A stretch of DNA of 64,000 bases. Source: an uncultured Planctomycetota bacterium. GTDB lineage: Bacteria > Planctomycetota > Planctomycetia > Isosphaerales > Isosphaeraceae. Under the pieces are notes generated by a model. It had not been told where the DNA came from and searched no databases. It saw nothing but the letters and a program-made list of their open reading frames with translations. Location of the stretch: positions 160,001 to 224,000 of the forward strand of contig CAWGMQ010000004.1 in assembly GCA_963823665.1 (NCBI GenBank), written 5' to 3'. Below are positions 51,868-59,771 of this stretch, piece by piece; the first letter of the stretch is position 1, and each line of letters starts with the position of its first letter. Position numbers and translations under genes: made by a program.

Positions 51868-52125
51868 ATGGGATGGAAAACCATCAACGGCCGTCGCTAT
51901 TGCTACAAGTCCGCTACCGCGGCAAACGGCTGATTTCGTCGGGGGATGACGTTGCGTGTTCGCTTCCGAATCCGGACGATCATGCTCGTGGTCGCGGCGA
52001 CGGCGGTCATGTTGGGTCTATGACTACAAGTCGGAGCCCGAGGGAGGCCGAGTCTATACCGCCTTCTTCGGCGCGGGTGAGTCGGGCCCGTTGATTTCAC
52101 TCCTGGGGCGGGAGCATCGGGCTTG
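51868..52125 (+). pseudogene. MGWKT copy 3 interrupted by a ~120-bp insert
   Basis: Insert flanked by direct repeat CTACAAGTC; encodes MTLRVRFRIRTIMLVVAATAVMLGL* (51946-52023). Confidence 0.75.
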
Positions 52126-52139
52126 GAGCCACTACGCGC

Positions 52140-52496
52140 TCAACCCTTCTTACCTGCCTGCCGCTTTTGTTTGGTAGCAGGTGCGGCCTTCGCGGATCGA
52201 GTCGGCGCTACTTTCTTCGACGGAGCTTTCTTGACCGAAAGCGCAGCAGTTTTCTTCTTCGCCGCCACCTTCTTGGTTTTGGAAGCCTGCGCCATCGCCT
52301 TCGGGGCAGGTTTCGACGTCTTGCCCTGCACGGCTTTGGAAGAAGCCTTCGCGCCTTTGGGTGTGCCGCGTGTCGGCATCATATCCCCCACCGCGTGCAT
52401 GGCTTTGGACCCAGCGTTGATCACGACTTCTGCCGCCGACGTCGCCGCATCGCCAATCCGCTCAAGCACGCCTTTGGATTTCTTTTTGCTCAGCAT
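52140..52496 (-). CDS. Lys/Ala-rich histone H1-like protein
   Basis: Very basic K/A/S-rich low-complexity tail. Confidence 0.6.
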   Translation of the reverse strand: MLSKKKSKGVLERIGDAATSAAEVVINAGSKAMHAVGDMMPTRGTPKGAKASSKAVQGKTSKPAPKAMAQASKTKKVAAKKKTAALSVKKAPSKKVAPTRSAKAAPATKQKRQAGKKG

Positions 52497-52736
52497 CAAA
52501 CGCTCCCTGCGTGGTTAGGCAGTGTGTCAACTGTCCCTTCTTCAAGCGACACACAGCATATTCTAGGCTTCGGTCCCCGCGCTTCCTATTCCTTTCGATG
52601 GAATTGCGGGACGATGAGCGACCCCGCCCGGCGGCCGGAGCGACTCCAACCCGCCGCGCCGACACGTGTGTCACTCCGCGATTACAATCCTTGATGTGAG
52701 CGCGACGAACCGTTGACGTCCCTGGGAACGCGGCTG

Positions 52737-52925
52737 ATGTCGCCTATTCGCTTCCGAATCCGGTCGATCATGATCGCCAACTAGCGTCGCCGCGTCCGTC
52801 CGGCTCCGTGCCTCCCTGGCAGATTCTCCAAGCGGCCAACGCCCTGAAGGCCGACGACGCGGGCCCGACAACGGCGGAGGGAGTTGAAGCCGGGTTGGAT
52901 CACAAGCGATTCATTGAATCACTAA
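52737..52925 (+). pseudogene. Leader fragment MSPIRFRIRSIMIA joined to second copy of the VRLxASL fragment
   Basis: 52785-52925 homologous to 48227-48365. Confidence 0.55.
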
Positions 52926-53200
52926 ATAGCATTGCACGATCATGCGACTCAGGTGGGCGGCACTAGCTTCGCCCGTGGTCCGGTGTAGCAGGCACACTCC
53001 GTGTGCCGTCCGCCGAGGTTGTCGGTGGGTGGCACTGGCTGTGCCAGTGCTCCATGCCCGGGCAAATCGCCGTCCCGGAATCGCGAATAGCCACTTAGGC
53101 GGACGATCCGTCGGTCCAAACGCGTTTTTTGGTATGATCGCAGTCGCAGTAGGCATCCAGCCAACGCCTTCGACACGTCCCTCTCTCAGGAGCTTCAACG

Positions 53201-53617
53201 ATGCGTCCGCTTGTACGAGCGCTGTCGTGCAATCTGGTCGCTTTGGTCCTGCTCTGGCCGTCGTCAGCATCCGCGACGACGATCGACTGGATGACTTTCG
53301 AGGAGTTGGTGCTCGGGGCAGATTTCGTCGGCATCGTCGAGTGCGATCGAGCGGGCGGTGTCGTTGCCGGATACTCGGTGCTCGAGTCGTGGAAAGGGCC
53401 CAGGGCCGGTACTCACATTACTATTCGTGTCGCGGTGAACTACTGGGAGCCCCAGTTCCCGATCACCCTCTGCGGCGAGCGATACTTTGTGACGGCGTTC
53501 AAGCAGGCTCCGTTCCCATGGCGAGAGTCCCACACCGCAACTTGCGGAATCGGGTGCTCGTTCTGCTCTCGAACTCAGCTCATGCAAGCGGCGCCCCACG
53601 GCCGGAGAAAACTATGA
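53201..53617 (+). CDS. Secreted hypothetical protein, probably truncated
   Basis: AGGAG RBS, signal peptide ending ASA, FEELVLGADFVG motif. Confidence 0.5.
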   Translation: MRPLVRALSCNLVALVLLWPSSASATTIDWMTFEELVLGADFVGIVECDRAGGVVAGYSVLESWKGPRAGTHITIRVAVNYWEPQFPITLCGERYFVTAFKQAPFPWRESHTATCGIGCSFCSRTQLMQAAPHGRRKL

Positions 53618-53779
53618 ACTCAGCGAATTCGTTCGAGTCTCTCCTGAGCTGGTGGAAAACACACGGCGACAAGCTGGTCCTCGATGACCCATGGCTGGCG
53701 ATCTTGGAGAAACAGAAGATCGATTGATCGCGCCCGGAAACACGGCAACATATCGACGCCGCACCCACATGAGATCGCC

Positions 53780-54103
53780 ATGTGCAGACAACCCAATCCC
53801 GTCTCCCGTCCCAGGCGAAGATTCCTGCGCTTCAGCGTCCGGGGCCTGATTGTTCTTGTTCTTGTGATCGGTGCTTGGCTCGGCTGGATGGTCCGCAGTG
53901 CACGTATTCAACGGGAAGCGGTGGCGGCGATCGAAAATGCGGGAGGCGAAGTCCTCTATGACCGCGAGTGGACCGACGCCGGGCTGGTGCACCTGAGCAA
54001 GCTGCCCAGCCTTTCGGAACTCTACATCGACGACGCTCAGATCACCGACGCCGGAGTGAAAGAACTCCAGCAAGCTTTGCCACGCCTGACGATCGAACGC
54101 TAA
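53780..54103 (+). CDS. LRR cassette 8: minimal version, 1 LRR + C-cap
   Basis: In-frame join YDREW|TDAGLVHL removes N-cap and most repeats. Confidence 0.75.
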   Translation: MCRQPNPVSRPRRRFLRFSVRGLIVLVLVIGAWLGWMVRSARIQREAVAAIENAGGEVLYDREWTDAGLVHLSKLPSLSELYIDDAQITDAGVKELQQALPRLTIER

Positions 54104-54267
54104 TTGGATGCCCATCCAACCGGCCAGCAAGCATCGTTGTCGCATCGCCACGCGTCGGCTCACCGATCCATCGAGATCCCCCCAGATCGCGTCTGAGAGC
54201 GTGTCTGTGAATCGAACGTGCGGCACGATCCAATGACCGTTGAGGAATTGGGCGCGACGATTGATCG

Positions 54268-54303
54268 CTCCCTCTCCCTCCGGGAGAGGGCCGGGGTGAG
54301 GGT
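54268..54303. repeat. CCCTCTCCC...GGGAGAGGG...GGGTGAGGG REP-like hairpin
   Basis: Palindromic; degenerate copy at ~36635-36668. Confidence 0.7.
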
Positions 54304-54397
54304 CCTTCCGCATGCGACCGCAATTCGCAGACACGCTCTGAGCGGATATACTGAGCCCACCGAAGTAACTTCGACCGTCTGCTCGCCAAAAGCCAGC

Positions 54398-54514
54398 ATC
54401 GCCGATCAAGCCAAACCCACCACACGTCCCTGGCGAACATTCCTGCGCTTCAGCGTGCGGGGGATAATTGTTATTGTGCTCGTGATCGCCCGGCCGGGGG
54501 GGTGTAGTTCTTAG
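54398..54514 (+). pseudogene. LRR cassette 9: leader only (ATG mutated to ATC)
   Basis: IADQAKPTTRPWRTFLRFSVRGIIVIVLVIA then diverges. Confidence 0.75.
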
Positions 54515-54584
54515 CTGACAAACAGTTCGTAAACCGCGGCCAGATTGGATTCCAGTAACCAGGTACGCATATAACACATAAAGC

Positions 54585-55058
54585 ATGATGATGCGCCGCC
54601 CACGTTTGCGGCTTACGATCGCGGGGATCATGGGGATCGTCGCGTGTACTGCCCTCGTTCTGGGGTGCCTCGTCGAGGCAGGTCGGATCAGGCGCACACA
54701 GGCATTCTATCTTCGTGAATCCGCAAAATTTGCCCAGCTCGAGAGCCGCGAAATCCAGAACCAGTCTCTCTATTTGAAGGCCGCACTGCTGGAGAAGAAT
54801 CTCATTGAACGTATGCGAGAAAGAGACGCCGAACGACAGGCGGCCATCCGAGATCACTTTTATGCCCCGATGAAGCGGATCGCTCCAGACACCGAGCGCT
54901 ACAAAATAAACTTCGAGAGGGGCAGGAAATATCTTACTCACTTGGACGAGTCACGAATCAAGGCGAAGCGGTATTCCGAACTGAGCCGCCGGTACAAAAG
55001 GGCCGGTACCTGCCTCTGGCTGCCCTTTGGACCAAACCCCTTGAATCGCGGTGACTGA
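54585..55058 (+). CDS. Membrane-anchored coiled-coil protein with RLRLTIAGIM leader
   Basis: Basic leader + TM, C-terminal KRY...RYKRA...W.P..P.P motif. Confidence 0.65.
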   Translation: MMMRRPRLRLTIAGIMGIVACTALVLGCLVEAGRIRRTQAFYLRESAKFAQLESREIQNQSLYLKAALLEKNLIERMRERDAERQAAIRDHFYAPMKRIAPDTERYKINFERGRKYLTHLDESRIKAKRYSELSRRYKRAGTCLWLPFGPNPLNRGD

Positions 55059-55100
55059 CGGAGCGAAAAGACATCGTGCAGTCGCTCGCCAGAGGCCGGC

Positions 55101-55730
55101 ATGACCGATCAAGCGAGATCCACCACCCGTCCCTGGCGAACATTCCTGCGCTTCAGCGTCCGCGGGATGATCGTTCTTGTGCTGGTGATCGGTGCCGGGC
55201 TCGGCTGGGTGGTCCGGGTGGTCCGTACCGCTCAGATTCAACGTGAGGCAGTGGCGGAGAACACGCGAGCGGGGGATCACCGACCTCCTCACCAACCGCA
55301 GGTCTAGCATCCCGACGATCTTCGATTGACGGCTTGCTGGGCGCGGGTCTCATGACGCCGCCCTCCTCACCGACCGCAGGTCTCCAGGCGGCCGTCCCGG
55401 CAATCCAAGATTGTCGCAGCACTTGTTGGGCGCGGGTTTCATGACCCCGCCCCCCTCACCGACCGCAGGTCTCCAGAAGGAATGGTGCATCTGAGGGGAA
55501 TGACCAAACTACGCTCCCTCGATCTCAGCACCACACAGGTCTCCGGTCCCGGACTGGTGCATCTGCAACGGCTCAACTCCCTGAAGAGCCTTCGGCTTTG
55601 GGGCACTCAGTTATCCGACGAATCGCTGGTTTATCTGAAGGGCTTGGCCTTCGTCTCAGAACTCGACGTCAATGGCACACACCTCAGCAGTGCAGGTTGG
55701 GAAGAGCTGAGTCGGTGGCGCAATCATTAA
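55101..55730 (+). pseudogene. LRR cassette 10: middle replaced by REP-like block; about 3 LRRs remain
   Basis: Leader 55101-55256, repeats 55275-55474, LRRs 55482-55730. Confidence 0.75.
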
Positions 55731-55750
55731 CTTGAAGCCCAACAATCCGG

Positions 55751-55888
55751 CCTGGAATCGTCCCTGTCGCATCGCCAGCCGTCGGCGTCGGGACGTCAGA
55801 TCATCGACCCTCCTTCGACGAGCCGCGTGCGAGCCGTTATGATGAACCGAGCGAATAGAGATCGGCACTCCATTCACAAGAGGCCGGC
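55751..55888 (+). promoter_or_regulatory. Conserved inter-cassette element with TCGACG-N17-TATGAT
   Basis: -35 at 55815-55820, -10 at 55838-55843. Confidence 0.75.
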
Positions 55889-56842
55889 ATGACCGATCAA
55901 GCCAAACCCGTCTCCCGCCCCCGGCGAAGAGTTCTGCGCTTCAGCATGCGGGGGATGATGGTACTCGTGCTGGCGATTGGAGGCTGGCTCGGCTGGTTCG
56001 TGCGGAGCGCTCGCATTCAGCGCGAGGCCGTGGCGGCGATTCAGAAGGGCGGCGGCGAAGTCCACTTTCAGTGGGAGTGGAAGAACGGGACCGTCGTGCC
56101 GGGAGGAAAGCCTTGGGCGCCTGAACAGCTCGTGAAACTACTCGGCGTCGACTATTTCGGTCACATCGCCCACGTGTCGTTCGCCACGAGAGCACAGCTT
56201 GCGAAGCCAACGAGGGACTTGCTCGCACAGCTCGGGGAAATACAACGCCGATCGGCGGAATTGGATGACGTGCGCTATTCGATGATGGAGGCTGAATTCT
56301 CTCACGCCGACGATCTATATCAAAGGCTGATTCTCTCGGGCGAGCTCACGCCCAAGCCACTGATGCCGCTCTTGAAGGGTCAGAGCAAGCTAGCCCATCT
56401 CGATCTTCGCGACAACGACCTGATCTTCGAAGGCTTGGCTCAAATGGAAGAGCTGACCAGCCTGACGACGCTCGACCTTGGCGGCACGGGGATCACGGAT
56501 TCCCAACTGGTGCACCTGAAGAAATTGAGACAGCTCTCAGAGCTTCATCTGGACTCTGTCAACATCTCTGATGCCGGGCTAGCGAATCTGGCGGGACTGG
56601 CCCGAATGTCCCACCTCGACCTCGAGAAGACAGGGGTTACCGACTCCGGTCTGGTTCATTTGGGCCGGCTGACGAAGCTTAGAAAGCTCAGCCTCGCATT
56701 CACTCAGGTCACCGATCGAGGATTGGTACACCTCAAGGAATTGACAAGTCTTTTGCATATCGACCTCAGTTCCACGGGTGTCACGGATGAGGGTGTGAAG
56801 GAGCTGAGGCTCGCCTTGCCGAACGCGACGATCGTGCGCTGA
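55889..56842 (+). CDS. LRR cassette 11: 6 LRRs plus helical insertion, intact
   Basis: Leader, cap, non-LRR insert, repeats, ALPNATIVR C-cap. Confidence 0.88.
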   Translation: MTDQAKPVSRPRRRVLRFSMRGMMVLVLAIGGWLGWFVRSARIQREAVAAIQKGGGEVHFQWEWKNGTVVPGGKPWAPEQLVKLLGVDYFGHIAHVSFATRAQLAKPTRDLLAQLGEIQRRSAELDDVRYSMMEAEFSHADDLYQRLILSGELTPKPLMPLLKGQSKLAHLDLRDNDLIFEGLAQMEELTSLTTLDLGGTGITDSQLVHLKKLRQLSELHLDSVNISDAGLANLAGLARMSHLDLEKTGVTDSGLVHLGRLTKLRKLSLAFTQVTDRGLVHLKELTSLLHIDLSSTGVTDEGVKELRLALPNATIVR

Positions 56843-56984
56843 CTTCTTGCTCACGCAATCGCCCTGGAATCGTCTCTGTCGCATCTCCACGCTGGAGCCG
56901 TCAAACTCCCGGCCGGCGATTCAATCGCATTCCGTCAGCCGTTCAGCCCGCCCCCTCCCCGAAGCGTGCAGCTACTCATATACA

Positions 56985-57095
56985 GCTCTACCTTTGCGAC
57001 TTTGCGACTTTGCGTGAGCCACTCTTCTGATCTCATTTCACGCACCCACCCCAAAAAAACTTCGTTCCCCTCCGCGTGAGCTCCCCATTGAGATC
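56985..57095 (+). repeat. Pyrimidine-rich repeat array, terminal copy (no wHTH follows)
   Basis: GCTCTACCTTTGCGACTTTGCGACTTTGCGTGAGCC. Confidence 0.7.
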
Positions 57096-57206
57096 GTCTG
57101 GCGCCCCAGTCTGTTTGATCTCGCGCTTGCTCGATGCGACGACTAGAATGGAACGCGCCTTGCCGACCGGGACGGCACAGGAATTCCCCAGCGTCTGGAG
57201 CCGCTA

Positions 57207-57752
57207 ATGGCCATTACCAAGTACTCCGTCGACGACTACGAGGAGATGATCCGGCTCGGCGTCCTCACCGAAAGAAACGGGGTGGAACTCATCCGGGGGG
57301 AGATCGTTCCCAAGATGGCCATCAGACCTCGGCATGCAACCTGTGTCAAAGCGTTCAACCAACTCCTCACGCAGCGGGCAGCCGGCAGGGCGATCGTCGG
57401 CATCCAGGATCCGATTCGCCTTCCTGACAGTGAGCCGGAGCCAGATATCTCCCTGGTGCGTCCCCCCAAAGAACGATATTTGACCAGGCATCCTGAGCCC
57501 GTTGACATCTTCCTCGTCGTCGAGGTGTCCGACTCATCGCTGGATGACGACCGGAACATCATGCGGCCTCTCTACGCCGAGTCGAGCATCCAGGAATTCT
57601 GGATCGCCAACCTCCGCGACAACTGCCTGGAAGTTTACCGCGGCCCGCGGCCGGACGGCACTTACCAGGAAGCGCGGGTGCTAGAGCGCGGTCAAAGCAC
57701 CGACATCGCCGCCCTGCCGGGCCTCGTCGTCGCGGTCGACGAAGTGCTCTGA
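57207..57752 (+). CDS. Uma2 family endonuclease-like protein
   Basis: VELIRGEI, EPEPDI, LVVEVSDSS, YA...I.EFWI motifs. Confidence 0.88.
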   Translation: MAITKYSVDDYEEMIRLGVLTERNGVELIRGEIVPKMAIRPRHATCVKAFNQLLTQRAAGRAIVGIQDPIRLPDSEPEPDISLVRPPKERYLTRHPEPVDIFLVVEVSDSSLDDDRNIMRPLYAESSIQEFWIANLRDNCLEVYRGPRPDGTYQEARVLERGQSTDIAALPGLVVAVDEVL

Positions 57753-57878
57753 CAACCAAAAAACCCCGCTTGCCCCCCATCCATCCCCACCGTATGATTG
57801 CCTCAAGCGTGCGGTATGTTGCCCACGCGTTGTGTCCCCGCCGGGTGCGAATCGCCCCGGCGAGAAGGAGAGAAAATC

Positions 57879-58399
57879 ATGTCCCATGCCTCGCGACACG
57901 AGCGGCGTCATTTCGAAGACTTCCCCTTCCTTGCCGTTTCCGACTGGCTAAAACAAAAGTACTTTAAACGCTCTGCTCCCCACGGTTGGAGCTGGGACGA
58001 GCAGGCAGGGTGTTTCATGCGCCACCATCATCACGACTCGGATCGATTCGAGGGCCGATCGGCTTTCGGCGTCAGGCGCCGCTGCGCTTCCTGGCCCACA
58101 AGCTTGATCTCGACGAAAAGCAGATCACGGCGCTCATGCGAATCCTCGACGAGCTGAAGACCGAGCGCGCTCAAGCCGAAGTTGACGATCGTCGAGCAAC
58201 AGCCGAATTCGCCGACGCCGTCGAGGGTGATACCTTCGACGCCTCCAAAGCCGGTAGCGCCGGCGAACGTCGTGTGCAGAGTGCCGCGCGGCTGCGCGAA
58301 GCCCTCACTCGCGCCCTCCAGGAAATCCACGGGCTCTTGACGCCCGAGCAGCGCCAGCGCCTCGCCTACCTGATCCGCAGTGGCGTGCTCAGCATCTGA
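57879..58399 (+). CDS. Spy/CpxP-like helical protein (frameshift near 58075)
   Basis: LDLDEKQ and LTPEQR motifs; AAGGAG RBS before ATG 57879. Confidence 0.6.
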
Positions 58400-58401
58400 C
58401 C

Positions 58402-59226
58402 TCACCGGCTGAGCAGCCCCGCATCAAGCACGAACTGCGAGCCCGTGATGAACCGCGCTCGTTCGGACGCCAGGTACACCACCGCCTCGGCCACGTCCTC
58501 CGCCTCGACCCACGGCACCGGAAGAAGATTGCCCGCCGAGCGTTCGGCCACCTGCAAGGGCGACAGCCCCTCGAGCTCCGCCAGACCATCGTTCATCGGT
58601 GTATTGACACCCGTCGGGTGAATCGACACCACCCGAATTCCGTGCGGCGCCAGCTCGATCGCCCATGACTTCGTCAGCCCCACCAGCCCCCACTTCGATG
58701 CCGCGTAATGCGACAGCCGCCCCATCCCGCGCAGACCGGCGACCGATGAATTATTGATGATCACCCCCGCCCGGCGAGCGATCATGTGCGGAATCACCCG
58801 GCGCGCCACAATCCAGGCCCCTTTCAAGTTAATGTCGAGCATTGCATCCCAGGCCTCCTCCGAAAGTTCATGCGCCAGGCCATAAGCGCAGATCCCGGCA
58901 TTGTTGAACAGGATGTCGATCCGGTCGAATCGTTCGACCGCGGCGGCGACGGCCGCACTCACCGCGGCGTCATCCCGCACATCGGCCGCAAACGGCAAAC
59001 ACGCGACGCCAAGCTCCCCGCACGAAACTCGCAACGAATCCAGCTCGGCGGTCGTCCCCAGGCCGTATCCCGGATAGTCGAGCGGCCGCGCAACGTCGAT
59101 CGCCAGAATGTGCACCCCTTCACGCGCCAGCGCCAGCGCCGTCGCCCGCCCCTGCCCGTGCGCGGCGCCGGTAATCAGTGCCACCTGGCCCGCGAGTTCC
59201 CCCGCTCGCTTCCGCAGTTCACTCAT
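58402..59226 (-). CDS. SDR oxidoreductase, mycofactocin-coupled / carveol dehydrogenase-like
   Basis: TGAAHGQG, NNAG, YAASK, IHPTGVNTPM. Confidence 0.85.
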   Translation of the reverse strand: MSELRKRAGELAGQVALITGAAHGQGRATALALAREGVHILAIDVARPLDYPGYGLGTTAELDSLRVSCGELGVACLPFAADVRDDAAVSAAVAAAVERFDRIDILFNNAGICAYGLAHELSEEAWDAMLDINLKGAWIVARRVIPHMIARRAGVIINNSSVAGLRGMGRLSHYAASKWGLVGLTKSWAIELAPHGIRVVSIHPTGVNTPMNDGLAELEGLSPLQVAERSAGNLLPVPWVEAEDVAEAVVYLASERARFITGSQFVLDAGLLSR

Positions 59227-59771
59227 CGGCCACTCTCTTCCCGGCCCTGAGCGTTGCGATACGCCCAGAGATACTCGTCCAGATCCACCCGCAGCGCATT
59301 ATTGAAAAGGTTGGTTGCAACCATCAGACCGCCAAACGCGGTGAGCGCCACGATCTGATCGGCAAGGAAGTCTCTCGAGAGCCGCCCAAAGAGATCATCG
59401 GCGACTCCGTGCGGGTCTCGTGCAAGCTGACGCCCGAACTCCACGACGAGCGCCTCGCGATCATCAAGCTGAAGGTCGTCCGGATCGTCTCCAGCGTCAA
59501 TCAACTGACGCCGAAAAAAAGTTGAACATATCAGGCACTCCGTCGCCGTTGAGATTGCGTGCGCAAACAGCACCGTCGCCCGGTCGCCGAGAAACCTGGC
59601 CACTTCGTCGCGGAGGTCATACCAGGTCATGAGCGAGCGCAGGGCCACAGGCGATCGCGCCAGCGTGCGCTTCATGTTGGTCGCACGTCCGTGTGCAGCC
59701 ACCACGCCGTCCAGGGCCTCACGCCGCTCGCCCTCTGCCTGGGTCTGATCGATCGGTTCAATGCGCGCCAC
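59223..59771 (-). CDS. AhpD / carboxymuconolactone decarboxylase family protein
   Basis: CLIC (CxxC), NLFNNAL motif; coupled to SDR gene. Confidence 0.7.
   Translation of the reverse strand: MARIEPIDQTQAEGERREALDGVVAAHGRATNMKRTLARSPVALRSLMTWYDLRDEVARFLGDRATVLFAHAISTATECLICSTFFRRQLIDAGDDPDDLQLDDREALVVEFGRQLARDPHGVADDLFGRLSRDFLADQIVALTAFGGLMVATNLFNNALRVDLDEYLWAYRNAQGREESGR

Larger units (their letters stand above)
35757..57100 (+). mobile_element. tRNA-Arg-linked island of tandem, decayed phage-satellite-like units with LRR and membrane-protein cassettes
   Basis: Begins at tRNA 3' end; terminase remnant, repeated modules, TA pair, dense REP-like repeats; boundaries inferred, no integrase seen. 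Confidence 0.65.

Noticed and set aside
54544..54560. Possible att duplicate of tRNA-Arg (reverse complement GGTTACTGGAATCCA)
   Set aside because: Short, gapped and in inverted orientation; compatible with chance
40622..56889. Inter-cassette element as an integron attC site
   Set aside because: GTTATGA resembles an R' core, but a complementary RYYYAAC box and long hairpin are not consistently present, the motif fits a -10 box better, and no IntI gene is in the window
37093..57095. CRISPR array
   Set aside because: No run of identical 23-47 bp repeats with unique similar-length spacers; no cas genes
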